This document shows, piece by piece, positions 26,245 to 36,032 of a DNA stretch of 38,053 bases. Made by a program: the position numbers and the translations under genes. The notes beneath the pieces were generated by a model, which searched no databases, was not told where the DNA came from, and saw only the letters and a list, made by a program, of their open reading frames with translations. Position 1 is the stretch's first letter, and each line of letters opens with the position of its first letter. The stretch comes from a virus. Its lineage: Duplodnaviria; Caudoviricetes. The stretch is from positions 1 through 38,053 of the IMG/VR virus record IMGVR_UViG_3300037424_001533; one strand, given 5' to 3'.

Positions 26245-27251
26245 CGTATCTCCTTTGCAATATGGAACATCATTTTTGGCATGACAGCATTTCCTAATCT
26301 TGCTTTACGTTCCTGGTAACTTCCAAACAATTTATAATTATCAGGAAAAGAACAAAACCTTAATAATTCATTTATAGAAAAAACTCTATTTTCAAATGGA
26401 TGAATTAAACTTCCAAAGCCAATACCGCCAATAATTTTTGTTATTGTCGGACAAACTTTATTTGCATATATACGTATAGTTTGAAAATGTTTATTTTCTT
26501 GACTTACATCATTCATTGATTGGCCTTGTTTCATTTCAGGAATTAATTTTAAAAAACAAGTAGAAAGATTTGGTGGCATTTCATTATTTTGTATTCCTTT
26601 CAATGCCTCTTTTACCGTTATTACTTTCTTACCAGGAACAGGAAAAATCGGTTCTTTTCCAATATCTTTTCTTACTCCAATGAATATTAAGCGTTCCCTG
26701 CTTTGTGGAACTTCATACCACATTGCATTCATCAATTTGCATTTTACAATATATCCTGTTCCTTTTAATATTTCCAATATTTCATTGAATATGCCTTTCA
26801 TCGTTCCTTTCATCATGCCAGAAACGTTTTCCATAATAAATACTTTTGGTTGAAGACCCTTTATCAATCTAACATATTCAAGAAATAAAGTATTTCTGTC
26901 ATCAGAAACTATTCTTTTTCCGGCAGTAGAAAATCCCTGGCATGGAGGAGAACCATCAAGGACATCCAATTCTCCTTTTTTTATTTTGCAAAAAGAAAGT
27001 ATTTCTTCGGGGGTTACTTCTTTAATGTCTCTTTGCCATACTGGAAAATCAAAGTTTGCTTTCAAAGTATCACAAGAATTTTGATCGAAATCTATTGCGA
27101 GCAATTCTTTATATCCTGCCCAGTGATACCCAAGGCTTGATCCTCCACCTCCGGCAAACGTACTAATTACTGTAGGTTGATATTTTGCTATTTTTTTTAC
27201 CATATCGGACAATTCTCTATTTTCATTATATTCTATTTTTCTTGTTATCAT
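26232..27251 (-). CDS. C5-cytosine DNA methyltransferase
   Basis: FAGGGG, GSPPCQGFS, ENV, PQSRER and GNAV motifs; start inferred at MITRKIE just after the ParB stop. Confidence 0.92.
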   Translation of the reverse strand: MITRKIEYNENRELSDMVKKIAKYQPTVISTFAGGGGSSLGYHWAGYKELLAIDFDQNSCDTLKANFDFPVWQRDIKEVTPEEILSFCKIKKGELDVLDGSPPCQGFSTAGKRIVSDDRNTLFLEYVRLIKGLQPKVFIMENVSGMMKGTMKGIFNEILEILKGTGYIVKCKLMNAMWYEVPQSRERLIFIGVRKDIGKEPIFPVPGKKVITVKEALKGIQNNEMPPNLSTCFLKLIPEMKQGQSMNDVSQENKHFQTIRIYANKVCPTITKIIGGIGFGSLIHPFENRVFSINELLRFCSFPDNYKLFGSYQERKARLGNAVMPKMMFHIAKEIRCLL

Positions 27252-27252
27252 T

Positions 27253-27729
27253 TTAGTATCGGTACCCACATTTTGGGCATTCATGTTCGGTTTCTAATTC
27301 TCCTATTTCCTTTTCCTTATTTATCAAAGGTTCAAAAAGATTTTTTACCTCTACTTCATTGAATCCTGAATTGGTTACTATTTCCCTATTATCCATAAAT
27401 CTTAATAATACGCTATCATCCCACTGTGACCACTCACTTGATTTATTGTCGGCAATACCATACGCTATGGCAGCCTGTTCACTGGGAAAGTCTACGAATA
27501 AGACTTTGATCTTAGGCCATCCGAGTTTCTTTATTGCCTTCCATGTGGTATTTCCCTTGTATATGGTCATATTCTTATGCCACACGACAATAGGTGTGAC
27601 CTGTCCGCGGACCTTTAATATTTCCATAAGTTTTGGTACGGCGGCATCATTGATGCGTGGATTATCATTCCACAGTTTTACCGATAATAGTGATACTTCT
27701 TCAATATTATCTTGTTTTTTAGTAATCAT
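27253..27729 (-). CDS. ParB/Srx-like domain protein with C-terminal CPKCG
   Basis: NPRIN, GQVTPIVV, IYKGNTT, IADNK. Confidence 0.8.
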   Translation of the reverse strand: MITKKQDNIEEVSLLSVKLWNDNPRINDAAVPKLMEILKVRGQVTPIVVWHKNMTIYKGNTTWKAIKKLGWPKIKVLFVDFPSEQAAIAYGIADNKSSEWSQWDDSVLLRFMDNREIVTNSGFNEVEVKNLFEPLINKEKEIGELETEHECPKCGYRY

Positions 27730-27741
27730 TTCATTCTCCTT

Positions 27742-28035
27742 TTATAATTTAATAATAGGAATATTATGTTCATAAGCAAATTGACATTCAATATCAGCGC
27801 CTTTGCTTTCTCCCGGCAATCGGACAAGCATATCACATTTCAGTATTTTTGCTTTATCAATTTCAATCCATTCTTTATAATCATGAGAATGTCTTAATTC
27901 GTGATAATGGCTATATAACGGAATGATGGGACAATGGCCAAGTAACATGATCAATTCAGCAAAATCAATTTGTTTATTAACATTTTCTTCTTTACAACCT
28001 ATTGAATATGGCGAAGCAATATAAACTAATTTCAT
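27742..28035 (-). CDS. DUF1937/nucleoside deoxyribosyltransferase-like protein
   Basis: VYIASPYS...CD...RLPGESKGADIE. Confidence 0.65.
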   Translation of the reverse strand: MKLVYIASPYSIGCKEENVNKQIDFAELIMLLGHCPIIPLYSHYHELRHSHDYKEWIEIDKAKILKCDMLVRLPGESKGADIECQFAYEHNIPIIKL

Positions 28036-30728
28036 TTTACTGCCTCACAATTTCCTTTCATTTGAGTAAAATACGATTCTTTTAACTCTATCCCTATAAA
28101 TTTTCTTTCCATTTTCAGCGCAACATATCCGGTACTTCCTATTCCGCCGAAAGGATCAAGAACAGTATCTCCTTGTAAAGACCACAAACGAAGACATCTT
28201 TCAATGACAGAAAGCTGAAGTGGGCAAATATGCCGTTCATCCTCAAATTCTCTTGCACTGTTCTTTTGCAAAGTATCTGATGGATTAATGTCCATCCAAA
28301 TAGGGGAAGCATATTCCTGCCATTCTTTCACTGGAAAAGAAGTATTAGTATGTACTATTCTTTTTCCATTTATTCCAGGCTTTCGCATAGTCACAACATA
28401 ATCAGGAATACCTTGACGGCACATAGCAGAATCCTTTTTCAATTGCTTATGAAGCAATCCAAGTGCCTTTGTGCGTTGCATAGAAACAACGGGACTCTTC
28501 CATATACATACCTCACTATGATAAATAAATCCAAGTTCCTGAAACATTCGGATACATAAATCCCTAAAATTAGTTATTCCAATGTATCCATCTCTTGTTA
28601 AAGTTGTTGGCAAATTCAATACATGAAATGAAAAATTTCTTCCAGGATTTATTATTCTGAGTAAATGCTTTCCAAAGAATTTAAACTGATTGAAAAATTG
28701 ATGATAGTCAATGCAATTTCCCATATCCCTGGGAGAATCTGAATAGGTATACAAAGATGCAAAAGGAGGAGAAAATACACAGTAATCAATTGAATTGTCT
28801 TTGAATTTTTCCATGATAGAAATACAATCACCCATATAAAGTACATAATTATCTTTTTGTACTTTTGCTTCTTTGTACTCTGCTTTGAATATCTTTGGCG
28901 CTTTAAGATTTTGTTGAATAGAATCTTTCATAAAATCAATCATTTCTTTTTTCATCTGAGTAAATTCATATTCTTTACGTTGAATATTAGTCAATACGTT
29001 TTTCTCAGCAGATGAAACAATGCAATAAACATGAACAGTTTCTTTCTGCCCGGCACGCCAACAACGTCGTATTGCTTGGTAATACCTTTCAAAACTATCT
29101 GACATTCCGACAAATATCATATTATGGCAGTGTTGCCAATTCATCCCAAATCCAGCAATGCTTGCCTTAGTAACTAATTTTTTTATTTTTCCAGTACTAA
29201 AATCAGTCAATAATTTTTCTTTTATTTCAATACTATCCGAACCTTTTACTTGATTTACATTGAGTAATGTTTCAAGAGAATCACCTTCATTATTCAAATC
29301 TACCCATATTACACAAGGCTTTTCTTTTATCTCATTATTGATTATTTTTATTGCCTCATTAACTCGAACATCAATGGAATCCTTTCTTGCTTTTATCCTT
29401 CCGGTAATACCGGTATCTTTGCTTATAAAATCTGTTTCACATTCTACAATATGATATTGTAATTCCGGAAGATCAAAAAACTTTAAATAATCTCCCGTAT
29501 ATGCCATGTCTTTTGGATGATCGAACATTACGCACCAATTGGCCATCCATTTCCAGAAGTCTTCTTTTGCATGACCTTTCAATCTCCATTGTGAAGTTTT
29601 GAATCCGTCATGAACAAAGTACATTGAAAGCATTTCTGATCTTCTCATTATTCCTAAGAATTCCGCTTGTGTTCCTATTTCCATATAATCATTTGGTGCA
29701 GGTGTGGCAGAACAGCAAAGTTTATACGGTGTTTTATAAAACTTTTCAAGGACTTCATTTCTTATTGCACCTTCATAATTTTTAATGCAACTGCTTTCAT
29801 CAAGCACGACAGCTGAGAAATCGTCAGCATTCATTTTTCCAATGCGTTCGTAATTTGTCACATAAATATTTATATCTTTTGATAATATTCCATCAGACAA
29901 ATAAAGCAAATTTATTCCAATACTTTTTGCTTCCGCAATTGCCTGGTTTGCCGTTGCAAGAGGTGCAAAAATAAGAACAGGCTTTTTTGTTTTTTCATTA
30001 ATCAATCGTGCCCATTCTAATTGCATGATCGTTTTTCCCGTTCCCGTTCCAGTGAAAATTGCACATCTTCCTTTTAATATTGCCCAACGTATAACATCTT
30101 TCTGAAAAGGAAATGCTTTTTTATGTATTGCCGTGATAGGGATATCAAAACCATTTGGAGAAACGATAGGAATTTTTGTATTGATAAAATCAAGATATTC
30201 CTGATTTTCAGTAATATCAAATTCATTGTAATCTTTATTTACCTTTTCTTCTTCTTTTATTATAGGAACAATTTCTTTTTTAACGATTACGGTTTCACTG
30301 AATTTTACTCGATCATCTTTATCAAGAAGAAAACCTGTTCCTGAAAAATCAAATGAATCCTGAGACATCATTTTATTCAGGATACTATCATCCCACTGTG
30401 ACCACTCACTGCTTTTGTTATCCGATATGCCATAACTTATTGCCGATTGTTCTGATGGGAAATCAACGAATAAAACATTAATTACTTTATATCCTAATTG
30501 TTTCATTGCTTCCCATGTAGTATTTCCTTTATAAATAACCTTATTCTTTTTCCATACAACTATAGGCGTAACTTGTCCTTTTACTTTTAACAATTCCATT
30601 AATTTGGGAATTGCTTCTTTGTTCTTTCTCGGATTTCCTTTCCATAATTTTACAGAATTTATAGAAACAGATTCTATTTTACTATCAGGTTTAATAGTAA
30701 TTATTGTTTCTTTTTTCCTCGTAATCAC
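28032..30728 (-). CDS. ParB-like / SF2 (SNF2-like) helicase / amino (N4/N6) DNA methyltransferase fusion
   Basis: N-terminal ParB domain; TGTGKT, LDESS, SATP, QAIRRCWRAGQ; SPPF and DPFGGIGST. Confidence 0.85.
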   Translation of the reverse strand: MITRKKETIITIKPDSKIESVSINSVKLWKGNPRKNKEAIPKLMELLKVKGQVTPIVVWKKNKVIYKGNTTWEAMKQLGYKVINVLFVDFPSEQSAISYGISDNKSSEWSQWDDSILNKMMSQDSFDFSGTGFLLDKDDRVKFSETVIVKKEIVPIIKEEEKVNKDYNEFDITENQEYLDFINTKIPIVSPNGFDIPITAIHKKAFPFQKDVIRWAILKGRCAIFTGTGTGKTIMQLEWARLINEKTKKPVLIFAPLATANQAIAEAKSIGINLLYLSDGILSKDINIYVTNYERIGKMNADDFSAVVLDESSCIKNYEGAIRNEVLEKFYKTPYKLCCSATPAPNDYMEIGTQAEFLGIMRRSEMLSMYFVHDGFKTSQWRLKGHAKEDFWKWMANWCVMFDHPKDMAYTGDYLKFFDLPELQYHIVECETDFISKDTGITGRIKARKDSIDVRVNEAIKIINNEIKEKPCVIWVDLNNEGDSLETLLNVNQVKGSDSIEIKEKLLTDFSTGKIKKLVTKASIAGFGMNWQHCHNMIFVGMSDSFERYYQAIRRCWRAGQKETVHVYCIVSSAEKNVLTNIQRKEYEFTQMKKEMIDFMKDSIQQNLKAPKIFKAEYKEAKVQKDNYVLYMGDCISIMEKFKDNSIDYCVFSPPFASLYTYSDSPRDMGNCIDYHQFFNQFKFFGKHLLRIINPGRNFSFHVLNLPTTLTRDGYIGITNFRDLCIRMFQELGFIYHSEVCIWKSPVVSMQRTKALGLLHKQLKKDSAMCRQGIPDYVVTMRKPGINGKRIVHTNTSFPVKEWQEYASPIWMDINPSDTLQKNSAREFEDERHICPLQLSVIERCLRLWSLQGDTVLDPFGGIGSTGYVALKMERKFIGIELKESYFTQMKGNCEAVK

Positions 30729-30755
30729 ATTACCCTCCTTTATTTATTGTTATAT

Positions 30756-30968
30756 TTACCAATCAACAGAACATTTTCCGCTTTTCATATTTGGGCACAT
30801 TTTCTTGATGCCTTTTACTGCTTCATAACAAATATGGGCTATTGCAAGAGAATAACAAACAGCAACAGTTTTGGTATGTTGTAATTTTGATGCATCTGTC
30901 CATTGATTTCGTATTAACCAAAATGTTTGAACACCATTTTTAGTTATTTTTTCTAATTTATATGCCAT
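30756..30968 (-). CDS. Hypothetical protein
   Basis: GAAAGG before MAYKLEK. Confidence 0.55.
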   Translation of the reverse strand: MAYKLEKITKNGVQTFWLIRNQWTDASKLQHTKTVAVCYSLAIAHICYEAVKGIKKMCPNMKSGKCSVDW

Positions 30969-30981
30969 ACTATTTCGCCTT

Positions 30982-33081
30982 TCATTTAGGTAGTTCATTA
31001 GGATCAATAAATATTATTTCTCTTTTTTTCTTTTCAGCATATTTAATACAATTTGCAGTTCCGCCAGAACTCCCATTCCATTGATAAATTTCACAACTGT
31101 TTATTATTTCCAATATTTCAGACTTAACTCTATATATTGGTACAGCGCCTTGTAAAGATTTGTCTATTGCACCAAGCATAGAAAGATTCTCAAGTATAAA
31201 CTCAATCGTATTCCTGGGAAGGCCAACATGCTTTATTATTTCAGCAATGACGGCCAGTTCCTTTTGGTAAATAATTTCCATTACTTCATCGTATCTTGTT
31301 TGTATTGATGAACGGGCAACATGGACAAGTATCCTATAAATACTATTATCAACCTCTTTCATTCCGCGAAATAAAGCAATACCCTTTGCCAATTTATACA
31401 TTTCTTTTGATATTCGCGTAGCAAGTTCTGTAAAACTTTTGAAAATAATATCGTGATCCCTTCCATATTTATCCCGCGTTACTGTTCCCCTGAGAGTAGC
31501 CGTCCAATGAGAAATATTTACTATTTTGGTACTAATTTCATCACTGACAATAACTGAATTGGCATCGTATTCTGCTAAAAGAACTTGCTTTGCAATATTA
31601 TTAAATTCTGCTTGAATTTCCGGTTCTTTTCCAACATTAGATAATGCTTTACGCACATAAGGATCTCGGGCTTTTATCCCTTTTGGAAGTTTATTTTCCC
31701 AGCGTAAAAAACGTTCTCCAAGTGAGGCGTGTTCTTCAACAAATTGTTCAATCACTGGGGTAACGGCTGCAAGAATACCGAAATGACTTTTAATTCTTCG
31801 TCGCATGCCATTGCCAAAAGGTTTTGAACATTCTCCGTCGTATGCATCACGAAGGATTGAAAATATTTCATTCTGTTCTTGATTTGGTAAACCAATAATT
31901 GACGTAAAATCTTTATCTACCCATATCCCATCATTTAACTGGGGAATGAGGGAGGGGTCAATTCCGCCCTGTAAATTCATTCCGCTGATTAGAACGTGTG
32001 GAGTTATTCCAGTCCATGCGTGTATTCGTGGGCATCCTGTCAAGGCAATAAGTGGAACGGTTTTTGTTGAACCTGGTGGGCCTACTATAAACATCCAAAT
32101 AGGATCACCAGGAATACGATTACCAATGACCGTACCAAAAACCACATCCAATACGTCAGTATCCGGCAGATGTAAATGTTTTTGAAATACATTGTAAACC
32201 TGTTGAACTGGAATAGGATCACCCTTAATAATGTCAGCATCTATTTTACTTGTTGTGGAACTTTGAACATCATATAAAGAACTAAGACTCTTTAAATATT
32301 TGAGAGTTGTTTCGGCATTGCCTTTTTCTTTTTTATAAACATCTCGAACATCCCATCCATCAGGAGAACCTTTTGGCCAATTGATACTATAAATTTTCCC
32401 GGTTACTCCTGCAATAAGATTCAATGCTCTTAACTTTCCATTCTTTCCTGCCATATCATTATCATAAAAAAGGTAAACATTTTTTCCGGTTAAAAAAGGA
32501 AGCACTTCCGGTTTGAATGATCCCGCTCCGGGAACACCAATAACAACAGTTCCTTTTAATTTTAATTTTGTAATAATTTCAAGAAAAACAAGTGCATCCC
32601 ATTCACCTTCAGCAACAAAAACCGTATCAAATTGATCTGGAAATAACCACAGTCCGTACATGACTAAATGACTTCCTGCGGCATTTCTCATTTCAATAAG
32701 ATCAAATCTTTTCATATTCAAAATAGTTTTTCCATCTTTTGAATATGTTGGCAAGATATAAATTCCAACAAGAGGAAGCCAACCAGTCTTTACCATTTTA
32801 AAAGTGCTTTCTGCTATTCCTCTATTATCAACTAATCGTTTTGCCACTAAACCGGTAAAGTTCTTTTGACCTATCTCAACAATCTGCTCAAGAAACATTT
32901 TATATCCACCGGACCGACCGCATTTCTTGCAGTCCCATTTTTTTTCATCAACATTTATGAAAAAATGAACGTCTTTATTGCAAAAAGGACAACGACCACA
33001 GGCATGGTTATTTGACCTTGGCCGTTGTTCTACAAACCCGTACTGTTGAAAGATTATCAATGGATTTAGCTGTATTGGCAT
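30982..33081 (-). CDS. Primase-helicase (zinc finger, TOPRIM, AAA+-type ATPase)
   Basis: CPFC..CKKC; AEGEWD; YDND; GPPGSTKT; LRDAYDG. Start inferred at MPIQLN. Confidence 0.8.
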   Translation of the reverse strand: MPIQLNPLIIFQQYGFVEQRPRSNNHACGRCPFCNKDVHFFINVDEKKWDCKKCGRSGGYKMFLEQIVEIGQKNFTGLVAKRLVDNRGIAESTFKMVKTGWLPLVGIYILPTYSKDGKTILNMKRFDLIEMRNAAGSHLVMYGLWLFPDQFDTVFVAEGEWDALVFLEIITKLKLKGTVVIGVPGAGSFKPEVLPFLTGKNVYLFYDNDMAGKNGKLRALNLIAGVTGKIYSINWPKGSPDGWDVRDVYKKEKGNAETTLKYLKSLSSLYDVQSSTTSKIDADIIKGDPIPVQQVYNVFQKHLHLPDTDVLDVVFGTVIGNRIPGDPIWMFIVGPPGSTKTVPLIALTGCPRIHAWTGITPHVLISGMNLQGGIDPSLIPQLNDGIWVDKDFTSIIGLPNQEQNEIFSILRDAYDGECSKPFGNGMRRRIKSHFGILAAVTPVIEQFVEEHASLGERFLRWENKLPKGIKARDPYVRKALSNVGKEPEIQAEFNNIAKQVLLAEYDANSVIVSDEISTKIVNISHWTATLRGTVTRDKYGRDHDIIFKSFTELATRISKEMYKLAKGIALFRGMKEVDNSIYRILVHVARSSIQTRYDEVMEIIYQKELAVIAEIIKHVGLPRNTIEFILENLSMLGAIDKSLQGAVPIYRVKSEILEIINSCEIYQWNGSSGGTANCIKYAEKKKREIIFIDPNELPK

Positions 33082-33235
33082 TCGATGATCCCTCTTTTTT
33101 TTCAATGTAATCGGAAATTAATACAAGCTGTTCATGCGTGAAAAAGGCATTGGTATTCTTTGCACTCGGTGGTAGGCGCAATAACCGGCATATCTTTCTG
33201 TATACATCATCCCTATTCAATCGAAGTTTACTCAT
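33008..33235 (-). CDS. Hypothetical protein
   Basis: RBS AAGGAGG; overlaps the primase start. Confidence 0.55.
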   Translation of the reverse strand: MSKLRLNRDDVYRKICRLLRLPPSAKNTNAFFTHEQLVLISDYIEKKEGSSNANTAKSIDNLSTVRVCRTTAKVK

Positions 33236-33378
33236 GTTGCCTCCTTAATGAACTGTGCTATTTTTTCAAGAACTTCTTTTTTGCTTTTCACCTCGGTTTT
33301 CAATAACACTTCAATAATACCGTACCGGATTTCTTTTAAAATATCGTCGGCAATTGTTTCGGCTTCTTTTTTAGTCAT
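33232..33378 (-). CDS. Small hypothetical protein (48 aa, not in ORF track)
   Basis: MTKKEAETIADD...FIKEAT; coupled to both neighbours. Confidence 0.55.
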   Translation of the reverse strand: MTKKEAETIADDILKEIRYGIIEVLLKTEVKSKKEVLEKIAQFIKEAT

Positions 33379-33579
33379 TTAATAACCCCTTTCTTTAAAA
33401 TCATCAAGTTCATTATCAGAAATCCCAAAAATCCATTTTTCATTTATTGCAATAAATATTGCCCAGCTAATAATTATCAACAAAAAAATAGAAACAGTTA
33501 AAAAAGCATTATGAATCATAAATGAAAGGATTGCATAATCTAATCCTTGATCTGTTGTAAATGATGATATTAGTTTCAT
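33379..33579 (-). CDS. Small membrane protein
   Basis: Long hydrophobic segment; start inferred at MKLISSF. Confidence 0.5.
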   Translation of the reverse strand: MKLISSFTTDQGLDYAILSFMIHNAFLTVSIFLLIIISWAIFIAINEKWIFGISDNELDDFKERGY

Positions 33580-33581
33580 AT

Positions 33582-33764
33582 TCAATAACCCCTTTCCTTT
33601 AGATATTTCCATAAGTTGGGATAAAAAACCTTTAAATTTTCATGTGCAACATTATCATAAGTCCACGCAAGATAATCCTCAGGCACGTTTTCAAACTTCA
33701 CAAATTCATATTTGCCAAATCCCATACGTCCTGCTGAATCATAGGTATTTGCTTTGCTATTCAT
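33582..33764 (-). CDS. DUF3820-like small protein
   Basis: MGFGKY....ENVPEDYLAW motif. Confidence 0.6.
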   Translation of the reverse strand: MNSKANTYDSAGRMGFGKYEFVKFENVPEDYLAWTYDNVAHENLKVFYPNLWKYLKERGY

Positions 33765-35509
33765 TTATACTCCTTCATTTGTGACCATAGAAACGTAGAC
33801 ATTTCAGTCTCTATAGTAAGTTTAACGGTTATTTCTTCAATTTTAGTCATCAGTTTATCAATAGTACCAAGGATTTCTTTTTGATTAATAAGCAGTGCTC
33901 TCGGATATTCTAAGACCAATTCATCATGCACTGGAAGCAATATATGAATATCCAAATCTTCTTTTATCAAGTATTTATCAACAGTAACCTGATTTACTTT
34001 TAAAACTTCGGCAGCAGTCCCCTGGATTGCATAATCACAACCAGCATAAGGACGATCAGGAGGAGTATAAAGTTTACGACCAAAAAAGTCATAAACATAG
34101 CCTTTTCTTTTTGCTTGTTTAGTACATTCGTCCATAAAATCATAAAACTCTGGATACTCTGATTTGTCACGGGCATATCCTGCTTTTGTTTCTTCATAAG
34201 AAAGTCCTAATCCTTTCGATATAGTATCTATTCCTGCGCCATAAAACATAGGAAAGCGAGCACCATTTTTTGCTTTACCACGAAGGAATTTTTTTTCACT
34301 TTTATCCGCTTTTAAATATCTATCCCCATAAAAGTTTTTTGCGCAAGCGTCATGAAAATCAAAATCTTCTTCAACTAATTTTATAAGTCTTTTACTTCCA
34401 GTACCCTGAACGCCTATTCTCATTTCAATGCCAGAATGATCTTTACCAAAAAGAACATATCCCGGACGAGCACGAAAACAACAGCGTGCTGGTATGGGGT
34501 ATTTTGCCCTATGAGAAATTTCATTACTTACATTCTGCATATTAGGACCAGAACTTGACTCTCTTCCTGTGCGGTCATGATTCGTATTGATATTTGGATG
34601 AAGAATTCCGTTTTCATCTGCCGCTTCCAAGTATGATTGAATCGTTGATTTACCTTTTGTATAAGCACGCATTTTCAAAATATCATCAAGAACTTTATCA
34701 TCGGGAAATTGTTCCGATAGGATTTTAATGGATTCAGCATCTGTTGATGGTTCGCCTGTTGGAGATCGTTTTATAATAGGAAATTTCTTTTCGTCAAAAA
34801 GAACTTTTATAAGTTGTTTAGGACTATTGAGATTTACCGGAAGCCATTTATTTTCTATTTCAATTACTTCTTTTTCAAGCTTTTCCTTTAATACAATGGC
34901 ATGTGGCTTTGAAAGCATTATTCCACGACGTTCTATACGAACGGTTGTCTTAATCAATTCAATTTCATTGAGGTATATTTTATGCAATTTTGGATCACGT
35001 TTAATAATGGGAAACATAACTCCAAAAATTAATGCGGTCCGTTCTGCATCGGCATGTTGATATGGTGTCATTATATAGGATGGTATTTTTGAATAATCTT
35101 TGTAAATGAATGCCGCACTCTTAACATCAGAATCAAGATTTCCCCATCGTTTAATATCTTCTGGGGAACCATATTCGTTAGCAATATCATCAAGACCATG
35201 TTGCCCAAAAGCTTGATTATCTATCAATTGATGCATGATCATGGTATCGTGGAATTGTCCTCTCAAACGTATTCCCATAACAGCGCAATGATGCATTTCA
35301 AACTTGAGATTGTGCGCGATTTTTTCTATGTTTTCATTTCCCAATAATTGCCAAAGTCTTTCCATTCCTTCGGGTAAATTGTGAACTTCCGTTTCTCCAG
35401 TGTCACAAAAACCCATAGAATAAGTAAAGGCCCTTGATCCATTGAACACGTTTCCGGGAGTGGTCTCAAAATCGAAGGCGACGATATCCCCAGACTTAAA
35501 TTGACGCAT
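33761..35509 (-). CDS. polA: Phage family A DNA polymerase with 3'-5' exonuclease
   Basis: FDFET, HNLKFE, NLNSPKQL, TGRESS..PNMQN, DHSGIEMR, IQGTAA, VHDEL. Confidence 0.93.
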   Translation of the reverse strand: MRQFKSGDIVAFDFETTPGNVFNGSRAFTYSMGFCDTGETEVHNLPEGMERLWQLLGNENIEKIAHNLKFEMHHCAVMGIRLRGQFHDTMIMHQLIDNQAFGQHGLDDIANEYGSPEDIKRWGNLDSDVKSAAFIYKDYSKIPSYIMTPYQHADAERTALIFGVMFPIIKRDPKLHKIYLNEIELIKTTVRIERRGIMLSKPHAIVLKEKLEKEVIEIENKWLPVNLNSPKQLIKVLFDEKKFPIIKRSPTGEPSTDAESIKILSEQFPDDKVLDDILKMRAYTKGKSTIQSYLEAADENGILHPNINTNHDRTGRESSSGPNMQNVSNEISHRAKYPIPARCCFRARPGYVLFGKDHSGIEMRIGVQGTGSKRLIKLVEEDFDFHDACAKNFYGDRYLKADKSEKKFLRGKAKNGARFPMFYGAGIDTISKGLGLSYEETKAGYARDKSEYPEFYDFMDECTKQAKRKGYVYDFFGRKLYTPPDRPYAGCDYAIQGTAAEVLKVNQVTVDKYLIKEDLDIHILLPVHDELVLEYPRALLINQKEILGTIDKLMTKIEEITVKLTIETEMSTFLWSQMKEYK

Positions 35510-35933
35510 TTTCTCTTCTCTTTTTCCAATATAATGAAATTAATTTTTTACTTTTTTCCGTATGATGCTTTCCCTTCATTGGCGACTTTCTTCCTTTAAA
35601 AATTTCAGATAAATGCTTTTTAAATTGTTCAGTTCTGATACATCCTTTTGCATTTTTCTTTCCTTTTAAGCTATTTGATATTTTTTTCTTCCATAAAATC
35701 GTAATAGGATGAATTTTAGCATGACAATGCAAACAAATCCAAATAACCTGTAAGGGCTTTGAATAATCAGAATGATGCCCGACAAGATATTTCTTTTCAT
35801 CACAAATTTGGCATCTTTTTGTTTTTATTAATGTCCTATTTTTTAAATATGTTCGTACAAGTCTGTGGCATTTCTTTTTTGGAAATGCGGGGAAAATGCC
35901 CGCTCTAAGTTGCCCTAATTTAAATTTGCGCAT
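35496..35933 (-). CDS. HNH-type endonuclease with NUMOD3 repeats
   Basis: CQIC..HHSDYSKPL.V.W.C..CH; KGKHHTEKSKKLIS. Confidence 0.75.
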   Translation of the reverse strand: MRKFKLGQLRAGIFPAFPKKKCHRLVRTYLKNRTLIKTKRCQICDEKKYLVGHHSDYSKPLQVIWICLHCHAKIHPITILWKKKISNSLKGKKNAKGCIRTEQFKKHLSEIFKGRKSPMKGKHHTEKSKKLISLYWKKRRENASI

Positions 35934-36032
35934 TTTCCTCCATTTTAGGAACGCTCACGTAGTCCGAAGCAACGGTGTTTTCCCTTATACGTGAGCCGCA
36001 CACGGCTTAATCCTACCGTGCCTGTTTTGTAT

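Noticed and set aside
33379-33600. Two adjacent genes both ending in KERGY
   Set aside because: Explained by a reused AAGGGG RBS plus stop/start coupling; too short to call a repeat element.
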